This document shows positions 14,718 to 30,781 of a stretch of DNA of 64,000 bases, in pieces. Location of the stretch: NCBI RefSeq assembly GCF_009914755.1, contig NC_060932.1; one strand, given 5' to 3'. This DNA comes from the human T2T-CHM13v2.0 reference genome, Homo sapiens. Position 1 is the stretch's first letter, and each line of letters begins with the position of its first letter. Position numbers and translations under genes: made by a program. Below the pieces are notes generated by a model, which was not told the origin of the DNA, did not search any database, and worked only from the letters and a program-made list of their open reading frames with translations.

Positions 14718-17700
14718 TAGCAGGAATTTTAAATCAGGTGCCTGACTCCAGCTTCTTTAACCACTTACTAGACTCTAGTGCCTCTCCTTATCAACTGTCA
14801 AATAAAAAGTTGGCGGTCCCCATAAAGATTATAAGCAAAATCCCTGAAAACAAATGAAAAAAGGGTCTGGCTAATGGGCTCCCCCTTCACCAGGAACAGC
14901 TGCTTATATGGCCAGCTCTCCCCCCTTCCCAGCAGGCGGGTCCATTCTCCTCTTCCTTCTCCCCCCATCCTCTGCTTTGTCCTGGGGAAAGGGTCCCCAT
15001 TATTAATGCCACTCCTGGAGATGTGTTTACACAGGGGAGGAAACTCAATATCAACATTCCCCGAAGAAAAGTGTCTTGTCACTTCTGTGAAGGTTTTCAG
15101 GCAGTGAGTCACTATCCTCCAAGACTGACAGGCACTTACCGCCTTTAAACGCCTTTAAACAGGGTCTGAAGGGAGCTTGTTTCCCTGTGACGTTTGTTAT
15201 GATGAGGCTGAGAGGCATGGCTGGCACGCACAGCTCTCCTGGTGCCTCAAGGGGCTCTCCAGGAAGGATCATGGAGAATCTACTCAAAGTGAGTTGGAGG
15301 GAAAAACAGTCGGCTGAGGCACCCAAGATGGGAAAGGACAAACTAGATGAGTGAAAACTCCAGAAGTCTCTGCAAGCTGGCAGGGAAAGATTGTGAGTCA
15401 TCTGCTCCAGGTCCAGAACACTGATGGAATGTAAAGATGGCAGGGGGCCTTTGGAAGCCAGGAGGGCACCATCAGGGCCCAGCAGAGCATCAAGGGATCA
15501 AGTGAGGATGCAAGGGGTGTCTACAGGCAAACACGGGGGCACACGCCTATCCACTTCCTCATCTCCCTTGCCTGGCTCTGGGCCTCCCAAGGCCTCCAAC
15601 TGCATCAGAAGGCAGCTCTGCAGAGCTCCTCCTCCACCCCTCTGCACCGCCCCCACTCCCCTGGGGGCTCTCTCCTGCTCTCAAGGGTTCAAACAGAGAC
15701 TGGAGTATCCCACATGTGCACCAGCCCTTAGCCCTCAGAGTCCAGCCACTGCCACCTGTCCCCCTGTCCCTGGGACATCTCCACCTGCACCTTTCTCCCT
15801 GCCTCAGACCCAAGAGGTCCCCGGTGTTGGCCACACCTCACTGCCCTGTTCCCGTGTTACTACCTTTGAGAACATAATGTTAGAACTTTCTGCGCTCTTC
15901 TCTCGCTTCCTGGCCTTCTAGGTTTTGGGCGCCTTTGCTACCTCAATCTCCCTGGCGTCTCTCAGGGTCCTTCTCCCTGTAAAACTGGCCAGGGATCCAC
16001 ATGGGCTCATCCCTGGGCTTCTGTTTCTCAGGTTCCTTTTACAAGGATGGCTCCGCTCCCGCCGAAGATGTCTCAGCAGAGCCTTTCACAGAGGTCTGAA
16101 TATGTGAGCCAAAGCTGCCAAATGCTTCAGGATGGATTCCGGGCTGCATCTTTTCTGTGAAGGAATACGTGCATGTGTCCTGTATGTACCAGGTGATGGT
16201 ATTCCGGACCCCAGAAGGAAATGTGGCATAATTCTTGCCCTGAAAATACTTCCAGGCTAGTGGAACTATAATCCAAATAAAAGGACAGCACCAGAAGGTA
16301 GAATGAGAACAGAGGCCACAGGCTGACGCTCAGGAATTGTGGCTGGAGATGAGTCAAAAGCTGCATGCAGAGACAAGCCACACAGAGATGCAGAGGCCAG
16401 AAGCCACCCCACCCCCCGGGCCCAGGCCCCTTTCCCGCCACTGGCTTTCATGCACTTGCAAGATGCACCTTCTGCTTCCCTCTTTGAGGCCATCAGTACC
16501 AGATGGATTGCCAAGGTGCCGAGTAATAATGGCTTAGGGTCAGCACTCGCTGTGAGCCAAGGCTGCTGGGTCCACGCTCTTCCCTGCCACGACAGGCAGG
16601 CAGCAGCAAGTCTGACCTCCAGAGTGAAGAGCGAGGGGCAGGAGTTTCACGAACCTTGGCCATCCCCACTAAGACCAAGACTCACCCCAGCCTGCGCAGT
16701 AAAACCCAAGCACTCTCCAGAAATACTGTAGAACTTGCTCTTCTCCCAACAGGAAACCAGGCAAAAAGAGGCCTTCGGTTCTGCAAGTTCCCTCCCTGGC
16801 AGTGGCATCCACTTCCCAGCGTGTGCCCGGAGCCGGAGGCTTCTGAAGGTGGGGGCCAGTACGGAATCAGATTCCCCAGCCCTTGCGTGATGCACGGGGC
16901 TTCAACAGGACTGGGGGTGAGACAGTCTTTCCTAACTTTCACAACCTACTCAAAATGTACTCAACTCCCTATTCAAAAGTTCCTCCAGACTTTCTCCACC
17001 CAGCAAATAAAGCTATTGGGAAAACATGGATCTAAGTCCCTGCTGGGGAGGATGATGACATTGGCCTGGGCCACATGACCGGATCCCATTTGCTACAGGG
17101 TATCCCTCCTCCCTCATCTCTACCCCAGCCCCACAGGGACTGCATGGGCTGCGCACGAGGCTCCAAGGACAGAGCGTGACTCCTTCCATGACAACACAGA
17201 AGGACAGCAGAGAATGAAAGGCGGTGAAGCAAACGTGAAGGCCACCCCTGAGCGGGCAACGTCAGGATGACCCACCCCCAGCCCGTGTACACTGCGGGCA
17301 TGAGGGGCACATGGAAGGCGTCTTACACATACAGCTCTTCCCTTCACACTGTGGCTACAGGAGCTCAAGAGAAAGACGATGGCCACTGGCTCCCCCATGG
17401 CCTTCCTTCCCTATTTGGCCTGTGACTTTCCTTCCCTCCATGTCCTCTGTCATCACCCACTCACTCCCAAGGCTGGGTTAGGCCTCTGATCGCCTCCTCT
17501 CTCAAGACTCTGCCTTCAGCCTCCATGTGGGCAATGCATTTGATACACACACACACACTTCTTTGTGCATGTGTCCCTAAGGCACTTATTTATTCATGCC
17601 TGCCCATGTGCCACCAGCTCACGAAGGTGATGAGGAGCCCACAGCCAACAGCTAGAAACACTGGAGGTGAGCCCAATGTCAAAAGGCAAGACAAGGCAAG

Positions 17701-17859
17701 CAACACAGGGCGGGTTTCAGGACTCGTACTGCTGGTGAAGTGTTCCTATTGTTACTCAGAGATGAGGATGTTATGACATACAGAAAATGAAGAATTACGT
17801 TGGAGATGTTGAGAATGGGATTTTTGGAAAGACTGACAGATGTAAAGATGCCATGAAGG

Positions 17860-18485
17860 ATATAAAATGGTGCAGTCTCTGGAAAATGGGATGATGGTCC
17901 CTAAAAACCACATAGCATTACCCTAGGATCCAGCAATGCCGCTTTTGGGCATATACCATAAAGAAGTAAAAGCAGGGAGGTGAATAGATATTTGTTCACC
18001 CATGTAAAAATGGCGGCATTATTCACAATGGTCAATGGGCAGACGCAACCCAATTGTCTATGGAGGGATGAATGGATAAACAAAATACAGTATCGATCCA
18101 TACAATGGAATATTATTCAGCCTTAAAAAAAAAAGACATGCTGCATTCTGACATGCTACAAAATGGAGAAACCTTGAAGACACTATGCCAAAGGAAACGA
18201 GCCCGTCACAAGAGAATACTGTGTCCTTCCATGTAACTAAAGTAGTTACATTCAGAGAGACAGAAAGCACAATGGGGGCTGCCTGAGGCTGGAGGGAAGG
18301 GGATACGGAGACGTTATTTAATGGGTACAGAGTTTCACCTGGGAAGATGCAAGAGTTCCGGAGACTGCTGGGGGTGATGGTTGTACAATACTGTGGATGT
18401 ACTTAATGCCACCCAACTGTACACTTAATAATGGCTAAAACGGTACATTTTATCTTATGTATAGTTTAAGATAATTTTTTTAAAA
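17860..18485 (+). mobile_element. L1MB-type 3' end
   Basis: gatccagcaatgccgcttttgggcatatacc...gatgaatggataaacaaaat...ggatgtacttaatgccacccaactgtacactt. Confidence 0.85.
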
Positions 18486-18917
18486 AGATGAATGAAGCAA
18501 GTAAAAGCCTTTTAGCCCTAAATTTGAATTGAAAGCATCAGTATGAAGACATGCTGTATTTTATCTTATCTTTGGGGTAGGAGGGGTACGTATTTCCTGA
18601 CTCTGCATGTTGAATGACTAACCCAATAGCAATAAGCCCAGCTGGCAGAGCTAGCTCTGAGATTGATCTCCAAACGCCATTCCTCACTAACAGGAGCCAG
18701 GTTTCTTGGGGCAAATGGCCAAATCCAGGCCTGGCAAGAGAAAACTCATAAAAAGAGATTAGGACATTTTATAGGATGGAAAGCAAGAAACTATTAAACT
18801 AAGATTTTGTCAAAAGAGCTCAGTTTAAGCAAGTTCCCTCTAGCAAAGATAGGACAATCTGAACATCAATCAGGATATACGGATAGAAACACATCATGCT
18901 TGTTTAAACCCATGAGG

Positions 18918-20125
<1,208 letters not shown>

Positions 20126-20130
20126 ATTTA

Positions 20131-20253
20131 GGTGGGGTGTGGTGGTTCACACCAGTAATCCTGGCACTTTGGGAGGCTGAGGCAGGAGGATCGCTTAAGC
20201 CCAGGAGTTAGAGACCAGTGTGGGCAACAAAGTGAGAGTCTGTCTCAAAAAAA
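20131..20253 (+). mobile_element. Alu left monomer / FLAM
   Basis: Single monomer with poly-A. Confidence 0.85.
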
Positions 20254-21474
20254 TGTTTTTTAACCTATTTAAAAGGTAGAAATTGAACTTAAAATTAAAG
20301 GAAGGGTGATGGATCAAAGTGAGAGAGGTTCAAATGAGAAAGAAAGATCGGTTGATCTGAGCCCTTCCTCTTCACCTCTACACCTCCTGGGAGGTAGGTG
20401 AATCCACCCTACAGGGTCTGGCAATCCATCCTTGCATCATAGTATTGTCCCCTGTAATTATCTATATTGTAATCCTATGTCATCCCACCACCTTTAGAGA
20501 AAGTACAAGAAGAGGGCAGAATTACAAGATGCTTGACCTTCTGGGTCAGACGAACACTCCTCTTCCTTCCCAGGGCAGGGCTCCAGATTTGGGGACTAAA
20601 ATTGGCTTGAGTTTTCTCCCCTCTTGGCCCTCAATTTGAACTCAAACCACACAGCCGCCGTGCCCTGCTGCCGAAGCACACCACATAAATCCTCCAAAAC
20701 TGGCCTGTAGCGTGCGGCTTCATTTTAACCAGAGTTCCTTCTCCGATGGGAAATGGGTGACTCAGCGGGAGGCGCTCATCACCCTGCTTGGGTGCAAAAC
20801 AAAACCAACAGCCAGGAGCTTGCGCCTTCTTATACCATAACCAAAGCGCTATATCTGAAGTGCTGCTCGAATCCTGCTCACCTTTCCAGCATTCTAACAT
20901 CCCTCAACGCCGTGCTTCTGCTTGCATTCCTGCCTCGCGCCCTCCACTCGGGACTGCAGAACAGCCTGATTCAAGCTAAGTCCTGGGCTCAGAATGGCCT
21001 TCCTATAGGCAGCAAACGCCTACTCATCCTTTAGGATGCCACAAGTCTGCCTTGCCCAGGAAGCCTGGCCTTGACTTCAGGCGCCCAGGCCAGTTTCGGT
21101 ATCCTAAGGGCTCCGTAGAACCCACTTTCGCCCCCTTGCGCTTCAGATCCCCTGCCCCTAAGAGTGCACATCCACGTGTTCCCTCCCCTAGCAAGCTCTA
21201 AGTTGCTGGGATTCGGAGACACTTCTGTTCATTTTGTATCTTTACAGCCTGACCAGCGCCAGGCTCACAGGGAATGGGGAGAAGTATTTATTGGCTGGTG
21301 GATGGATGAAACAAATCACGCATGTGGAGCTGGGGTGTGAAGGGAGCTGAACTTCTATGAAATCTCCACCACTGCCTAGACCTGCAGACAACACTCAGTG
21401 GGTTTATTAACTGAAAAGCAAAGCCCAAGCAGCAGGAAACTCAGAGCACCTGAGGTCACTTTGCATAAGAAAAA

Positions 21475-21835
21475 CAATGCAGCCGTATAAAAAAAAAACC
21501 AGATCAGGTCTCTTGAGGGAACATACATGGAGCTGTAGGCTATTATCCTTAGCAAAATAATGCAGGAAAGGAAACTAACCGCATGTTCTCACATATAAGT
21601 GGGAGCTGAATGATGAGAACTTATGAACACAAAGAAGGAAACAGCAGATGCTGGTATCTAATTGAGAGTGGAGGGTGGCAGGAGGGAGACGAGTAGAAAA
21701 GATAAGCATTGGGTACTGGGGCTTAATACCTGGGTGATGAAATAATCTGTAAAACAAATCCCCGTGACACGAGTTTACCTATGTAACAAACCTTCACATG
21801 CACCCCCAAATCTAAAATAAAAGGTAAAAAGAAAA
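21475..21835 (+). mobile_element. L1PA (old primate, L1PA15/16-like) 3' end
   Basis: gcatgttctcacatataagtgggagctgaatgatgagaac...tttacctatgtaacaaacc...aataaaag. Confidence 0.88.
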
Positions 21836-23089
21836 GATGAGTCCATCAAACCCAAGATTTCACAGAGTTGCTTAAAACGAGGCAGGCAGCCGTGGAAACC
21901 TACCTGACACAGGCAAGCATGAATTCGAGTTTGATGTCCACGCAGGCACAGGAAGGCTTAATGTTAATGTGGCCTCTGTGGTACCGGGAAAGACAAAGTC
22001 AGCCTGAATGACTATCACGGGGCATGCCGGAAGACACTCGATTTTAAACATCTCCAAAGGGCGGTAGAGCAGTCCTTCTCACCATTGCTGTACCTGACCT
22101 GAATTCTTCACCTTACAAATGGCCACACAAGCAGAGAGAGGCAGTGAGTCACACCGCAGGAAGAGAAGGGTCTGGGAGAGGAGCCCAGGGTTTCTCCGCG
22201 CCAGACCAATGTGCTTTCACCTCCCTGCGGCTGCTGGGATCTTGGGTCACCCCTTTTCAAATAGCAGATTTCAGCGCTGCAACTCCCATTCCCCAGTGAG
22301 GCCTAGTAAATCACACGTCCTGGGGGCACCTCGCTTCAAGGACCCTAATTTAAAACTTACAAATATGCTTTAGTTTTAAAGTGGCTATAAATTATATACC
22401 ATAAGATTAAAAAATATGTTTTTACACCCAACTCTTCCATTCAGCTGTTATTGACAGTGCTGGTCAATTTCTCATTTCTGCTTTATTTAAAAATGGCATC
22501 AGTGTTTAAGGATCCAATCTGGGTCACTAATTTTACAGAAATTGCCATCAGTGCTGAAATGACTTTAAACAGTAACTTGCACGACTACTTAATAATGTAG
22601 TTATACACATACCTGTGTATGTAGGATAACTGGAAGTCAAGGATTAATGCCTAACAGTGGTTATCTTTGGATGGTAAGATTACCAATTATTTTTACATTG
22701 GTTTATGTGAGTTTTCCATTTTTCTATAATAAATATACATTGAGTTTCATAAAATAAAGAAGTTTCCCTTATACTACTTGAAAAAAAATTACTACGTGTT
22801 TCTCTGAAGCCATTTTTGCCTGGAAAGCATTTTCTTTTTTAAAATAAGCAGTATTTTCCTACATCTGTGCACTCCGTGGGAACTACATTCTTTATTTCGG
22901 GTCAAGTTAAGTTCTCCCCAAATGCTAGGGAAAGGTTTTATTTGTTGTTTGTTTTCCCCGCCTACTCAATTTTGAGGGGCAACCTGTATTATTGCCTGTC
23001 TTTACCTGGTTTGATTTATGATCTTGGAAGTCAGGTCATTCTTTTCTAGGTCAAAGAAGGAAAAAAAAAAAAAGGACTCCCCCACCTAA

Positions 23090-23305
23090 TACCTGATAAA
23101 ATATCTGAAAAGGTCATTGCAGACCTTGACGGAGACACAATTTCAACCCAAGCTGATAAAACAACAACTAGCAAACTTTTATCAGAATAAAATGTAACTT
23201 TGCCATTTCCCAGCTCAATTGATGAACTCTTTTTTATCTAAAATGACAGATATCATAAGATAGGAAAACCTCTAGATAAGCAACCAAATTGAGTTGTTTG
23301 AATCA
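23090..23305. promoter_or_regulatory. Candidate intronic enhancer, GATA-site cluster
   Basis: Six WGATAR sites in ~190 bp (23094, 23154, 23179, 23234, 23258, 23274). Confidence 0.55.
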
Positions 23306-26087
23306 GATCTGATTGTCTGCCCCTGGTTCAAACTCCCACACCTGCTCGGAATGGGTCAATGAGCGCCTCCTGGCATGGTCCCGAGGGGTTTGGAAACATT
23401 GCAAAAGTGGTGAACTTTGAGACTTCAGCGTTTATTCTGCGATTATAATTAACCTGCTCACCAGTTGCTATCGATCAGTTCTAAATGGAGGCGATAAGGT
23501 TTGACTGGATTTCTAGAAGTAGAAATGGAGATTTCAACTGGGGAGTAGAAAGGAAGATTTAAAAAATAACTTAAGGACTGATTAGATTTTAAGAAGCAAA
23601 ACTGGATTTGCGATTAGGGGATCCCAAAACCCATGGCTTTGATCTGCCTGGAAGAATCGTGAGGAAGCTTGAGTACAAAGGAAAACTCCAAAATTCAAAA
23701 TTCCCACCAAATTGTGGTAGTAACTTCTTGATTTTTTATCCTCCAAAATAAAATATATCTGTAACTATTCAATGTGGGTTACAGACAGCCTCAAATTTTA
23801 CTTGCAGAGGCTTTTCAATGACTTTAAACACACAGAATGGCCCACCTGTCTGGATTTTACTCCTCCTTTGGAGGGAAAATATATTTTAAAACATCAGGTC
23901 AATTCTTGGGCTCCTGCAAAATGCAGAAGGCCAGAAAACCAAATTCCCATCATTCAGATAAGAAACTTGAATATCGTGGCTCAATTCTGATTACAGAGCA
24001 GTAATAGATAAAAGCATAGGCCACCTGCCAGAAACAAGAAAACTTCCACTGATGGGCTGCTACATTCAGTTCAGACCAATTCCACGGGGCTTTTCCTGCC
24101 TGGGGTTTTAGTCATTGTCTTGATCCATGCCCCATTCTTATCTTTACTAAAATCATCATTATTGTGCTTTTATTATGATTTTCTCCTCTTCTTTCTCTGC
24201 TTTTACCACAAATATATTTGAAATCTTCAGAGAAAAGGGAACACAGAGGGTCAGTTATAGATTTCTCTCAGGAAAGGGATTTTTGAGTGAGCCATATGGT
24301 TTTGCTCTTAAGCAGCCAACAGTTCCCCTAGAGTTAGGAGAATCCTCCCATTGGAAGGGTCTGAATCCTGGGAAGTCTCTTTAGTTCTCTGCACACCAGA
24401 ATCCAACGGCTAGAAAGGAAGTTTGTGCAACACTGGGATTCCTAACATTGCATTCCTGAACTGCAGAGCTTACAGTTGAGGAATGATACGGAAGATTCCG
24501 TAGGACGACATTGCTCCTAGAGAGACAGTGATTGGTGGGAAGCAAACGGAAACTCAGACAAGAAGCTACCCTGGGGAGAGGAAGCGGATGGGAGCGACAA
24601 GTCATGGAAAATCCTAAGGTTTAATAGAGCCCTTCAATCACACATAGCTTCTGGTTCTGAAGAGCCAAGTGCCCTCATATCAGATTTGGCAAATACAAAG
24701 TGTGGGGAAAGGGGGAAAGTACAATCCTGCAGGTTGGACTTACCTGGGTTCCAAACCAGGGCTGTTTACTACCCACGGGGACCTGAGATTACAGGCTCTT
24801 TCTGGGTATCAGCTTTCTTTCCAGCAAAACAGAGATCATCGTATCTACCTCTTGGAGAAAGACTTCAAAGTCCCTGGCATCAGATGATTTCTTCATTGAC
24901 AGGGATCCACCTTACTGTTCAATGGAATGACATGCAAGATACAGGCTACTCTCGCTAAAAAGTTGTTAGCCAGTATCCAAACGTCAATGTGCCAAAACTT
25001 ATAAATGTATTTTGTATAAATTAAAACAGATTCAAGATTATTCCTATTATAACCCCATTTATATTTTCTTCCCTGCCTTCTTTAGAAGGTAACAAAAGAG
25101 TAGCTCTAGAGATAGCCATTAAATTACTCTTAGTAACCAGTTTATGTTGTATGGCATATGGGGCCATGTCATGGTCTACCAGAGGTCAATATAGCAGAGC
25201 GATACTCCTTCCCAACAGAGCCTTAACAGCTGGTTCTGCAGGCAGGCTAGGACAAATAAGTTCCCAAAAGACAAATAGTTTCAGATGTCAGAAAAGTTGC
25301 TTCAAGTTCTTAAAGCAGCAGCTCGCGTTGGCAAGAACTGCCCTCTTCTGGAACAAGGAAAGGAAAACTAGCATACTTCCTCTTTCTTATGCAGACACAA
25401 GCAGCTACATTTGCAACTGGCTTCAGCTCTAAATTCAGTACAACTAAATTGTCTTAAAATTTGTTTAAAAGAATCACCTTGCCCTGGAGGAAGGTAACTT
25501 GTTCTTCACACAATCCCACCGCTGCAGCCGGTTAGTGGTTTTCAGGCAGGTTCTAACTCCAATATAACCTGAGGGAAAACTGCCTACCTGGAGAGGTCAC
25601 CATTGCCTAGTACGTGACTGTTTGTGCCCACAAGTGGGGAAGCCACAGTAGTGTGGGGCTGGGGTGTCCGCCCATTGCTGATTTAGATCCACTACCAGCA
25701 CTGAGACCAGGAGTAGAGATTTCCCCCTCTCAGTAAAGCAACCTCCTGTGAAATAAGCAAAATCAAAAGCCAAATACAGGATTGCCACTGAGGATGGTTT
25801 TGATCTGCCTTGAAGAATCTTGAGGAAGCTTGAGCATAAAGGAAAACCCCCAAAATTGTAAAAGAATAGGTAAAAGACAAATTTAATAAAAAACAACTTA
25901 TGCCTTAAAGCAGTTTTCCTGTGCATCCATAAACACTAAATAGAGAATCTTCTTTAAAAAAAAAAGAAAAAGATGCTACTTTCAGGTTGATTCATGAATA
26001 TCATGTATCTGTTTTTTAAAACTTAATTAGTTTAATATGTTTTTAAAATTAGGTAATATAGTCACATTCTCCAAATTCAAAAGGTTT

Positions 26088-26811
<724 letters not shown>

Positions 26812-29393
26812 GATGATTTGAAATTTTTACATTAAACTTAACTTTAACTTCCCTGTATGTTAAATGTATTTTCTTGTTATTAAATGGATTAATAAGGCAC
26901 AGAAATGAGTATAAAAATGATTAAGGTGGTTAAAAAATTCAAAAAGTTCCAAGGCATGCATAGTGAAAGTCCCTTTTCTACCATTATCCCTCACCTACCC
27001 GCTTTCCTCCCCACAGGCAAATCTGTGTTACAAATTTTTTGTGAGATTTTGTATTTTCAAGTGAATATAATCTTTTTCTTTCTTTTTTTTAACACAAACA
27101 GTAAAGTGCTATATACACTTCCTGCATTTATAAATGTCTTTGTGAGGATTCCATACATTAGATAATGAACTTCATTATTTCTTGCCTACATAGCTTATGG
27201 TTTGTATGTGCCACGTGCATAAAAACATTCCCCTAAGGATGCACATTTAGATTATTTCCAATTTTGTTATTACGAGCAATGCTGAAATTAATATGTGCCG
27301 GTGTGCTTGTGGAACAAATCCCTAGAAGTGAAAATTCCGGAGTCCAGGCTGTCTACTTTGCAATTTTATGGCTACTACACCTAAGACTCTCCATAAAGGT
27401 CAGAGCGATTTACACTCCCACCCACAGGTATCAGAGTTCCTGTTTCCCCACACCTCAGTGTGTTTGTTTTCTTAGTGCATTTAAGTTAGAAAAGAAATGG
27501 GGAGGGATACAGAATAAAGCGTTATCTAGAACTGTCTCCCGGGCATCATTCCACCTGAGTGCTTAGAAAGTGCCTAGCAAATGTGGCCTGACCTTTTGAT
27601 GGGACACAACTGGGCAAGTGACAGGGCTCACTAGAGGTAGTGACACACCCCTGGCCACCCCAACACACCTTTCTTATTTAATTCGTTCTCAGCTTAGCAC
27701 CACAGACCAACCCCAACTCTGACTGACCTGCTCAGGGTGGTAACCGGAAAGTTAAACAACTTTGGTTTTCCTGAAGATCGACAAATCATTCTCCAGTCTC
27801 ACAAAGTTCCCTGCACAAATGAACCGGCTTTGAAAGCCACTAGCGTACTTGATAAGCAGGTCCCAAAAGATCCAGAAAACACTTCGGGGTTTTTCACTGA
27901 CCTGCACCATAAAAAAACTCTGAGAACACCTTGAATGCCCCCACTCCATCCCTAATGGGGCAAAACTTCTTTTAAATAAATTGTTTGAATAACACAGTGA
28001 TATACTGTACATGTATTTCATTGTGTTGTTATTTTTATCGACTCTAAAAATGATTCAAACTTTTTGAAATCCTTGGAGAATATCATAATTGCTTATGTCT
28101 CCATTACACAAAATAATTGTTATTCCATACTTAAATATATTTTCCTAGCCTTTCCAGTAACACCTACCACCATATATCCGTCAAGGCATATTTACAATCT
28201 ATTTCCATTTCGGTCTCCTTTTCAGCCTTAAGTACTCACAAGCATTAACTGGTATAAAAATCAGCTTCACTGAGGTGTAATGTACATGCAATAAAAGACT
28301 CCCATTTTAAGAGCACAGCTCCACAATTTTGCCATATGGAGATACACGTGTAACCACCGTGACTGGGTTCTTTAAAAGGAAACAGCTACGTTCTCCGGCT
28401 ACGTCCGTTTCACAGGCACATGCAGATCCTATCCTAGCCCTGCAAGGCAAGAACTATCCGCAGAGCTCCACCACAAGTGCTTCCAGCGCCCAGGAGTTTA
28501 TGATGAAGACAAGCCATATTCTATACTGCATTTCCACACAACCACAATTGTCTAGGAGTGTTCTTCTCACATCTAATATCTGCTCACCTTCACTAACACA
28601 GAGTTAAAAGGTCATGGTCTTTTTTTTCTTTTTTTTTTTTGCTTTTCAGAAATTTGGACACAGTCATACTCCATCTTGCTTTCATCCACTCAGTGACTTC
28701 TCCAGCCTAAAAGCCCTGCTTTCCTCCAGTGGTTCCCTGAAGTTTCCAGAACCCTCTTCCATCCTGCCCACCGTTCCCCTAGGGCTCTCCAGTTTGCTTC
28801 TTAAAGGACACACGCAGCCATTCTGTGTGGTTGGACCCAGGCAGGGCAGAGTCCTGGGGCAATTACCACCAAGATCCCTACGCAAATATTTGCTAAGTGC
28901 CCAACATGTGCCAGGCACTTAAAAATGAGTAAGACTCTGTACCTGCCCTCAGTAAGGTCACATAATTCCATTCATGCAGCCTAATTAATGATTTTAACAT
29001 TTGTCTTAGGGTCGTAGCTCATATGGAACTTGGAGTGAATTAAAGTTCACATACATTGCAGTCAGGCCACACTTATTTCTTCCAACCTAAGTTCAGGGCT
29101 TTACAGAGGCCCCTGTTAACTTTTATTATTTATTATTGTTTTGATTTTTGCCCTATTCACATAACCAACATAAGAACTATGGCAAGATATTGTTAAAACT
29201 ACAGCAGTTACATAGAAAAAAAAAAGTGTTCTCTTGTTTCTCCTCATTGAAATTAAAAACAGTTTCTGAGTTAAGGTTAATTAGTCTGTATAGTTTTACC
29301 TATTGTGACAAATATATTATTTAAATCAAAGGCCAGGTTGCATTGTATTATTTCATGGTACTACACAACATATTAGTAAAGCAGAGTATATCC

Positions 29394-29703
29394 TTTCTTT
29401 TTCTTTTTCTTTTTTTGAGACAGGGTCTTTGCTCTGTTCTCCAGGTAGGAGTACAGTGGTGCAATCACGGCTCACTGCAGCCTCAACCTCCCTGACTCAA
29501 GCGATCCTCCCACCTCAGCCTCCTGAGTTGCTGGAGTTATAGGCATGCATTACCATGCCCAGTTAATTTTTTTTTTTTTTTTTTTTTAGAGATGTGGTCT
29601 CACTATGTTGTCCAGGTTGGTCTCAAACTCCCGAGCTCAAGCAATCCTCCCACCTCAGCCTCCCAAAGGGTGGGATTACAGGTGTGAGCCACTGCACCTG
29701 GCC
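29394..29703 (-). mobile_element. Alu (AluJ-like)
   Basis: Reverse dimer with an expanded middle T-tract. Confidence 0.9.
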
Positions 29704-29970
29704 TCTTTTTCTTTGTCTTTCTTTTTTTTCCTATAAAATGGTCAATATTTCTTTTTTTAAAAAATTGCTGGTTCTTTTCCTGACAAACTCCTACTCACCC
29801 TTCAAGACCAAATGAAGCTGGCAGCACTTAAATGACTACTTCCAGAATCTCAGCAGAGGGAAGAATGATGCTGCTTCTCCTTTGCTCTCAGCTGCTTCTC
29901 CTCTGCTGTTTCTTCTTTGTTCTCAGCTCATTACCAAACCACAACGATGGGTAATGCACCCATTTTCACA

Positions 29971-30083
29971 TTGAGTGTCCAACAATCTGCGTTCACTGGG
30001 GACTGTCCCAGGTTTACCACGAACAATCCCACATTCTGGGAAAACCCTCAGTCCTGGGCACACCAGCAAAATTGGTAACTCTA
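29971..30083. mobile_element. Non-autonomous hAT DNA transposon (MER81-like)
   Basis: ~113 bp; gggactgtccc...cctcagtcctgggca...ttggtaactcta resembles the MER81/MER94 consensus. Confidence 0.6.
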
Positions 30084-30189
30084 CATGACAGTGAGTGGCT
30101 ATTCAATAAAATAACCATCATTTATGAAGGGCTAAAGCCAAATTCTTCAAAAGTATTACCTTACTTTTCTAATTTAAGGCAACACTAAA

Positions 30190-30330
30190 AATTGTTATGA
30201 TGATCCCATTTTACAGAAAAAGAGGTGAGACCGAGAGAGGTAAGTAACTTGCCCAAGATGACACGAGGCTCCTGGAACTGAATCTAGGTTTGCCCAACTT
30301 TAAAACCCTGTGCTCCTCCCACCACACTGT
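30190..30330 (-). mobile_element. MIR
   Basis: cccattttacaga...gagaggttaagtaacttgcccaag core. Confidence 0.7.
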
Positions 30331-30505
30331 CTGGCCATCTTAGGGCTCAGTGGCAACTCCTCAGAAAGCTGGGGTCAGTTCTCATCTTCCCTCCATGACT
30401 CAGGGTCAGCTACTATGTGATGCTGGTCCTCACTAAAGCTGCCAGGCAGGTAGGAGAGCCCAAGTGATGGGAAGAACATATAAAAAGCACATTCACATGC
30501 ACTGG

Positions 30506-30781
30506 TTTTTTTTTTTTTTTTTTTTTTTTGAGAGAGGGTCTCACTCTGTCACCCAGGCTGGAGTGCAGTGGCCTCGGGCTCATGTGAGCCTCCTACCTCA
30601 GCTTCCAAAGCTGGGACTACAGGCATGCCACCCCAAGCCTGGCTAATTTTTTAAAATGATTTGTAGGGATGGGGTCTCACTATGTTGCCCAGGCTGACCT
30701 CGAACTCCTGGCCTCAAATGATCCTCCTGCCTCAGCCTCCCAAAGTGCTGGGATTACAGGCATGAGCCTCTGCGCCTGGCC
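30506..30781 (-). mobile_element. Alu (AluJ-like)
   Basis: Reverse dimer; TSD cacatgcactg. Confidence 0.9.
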
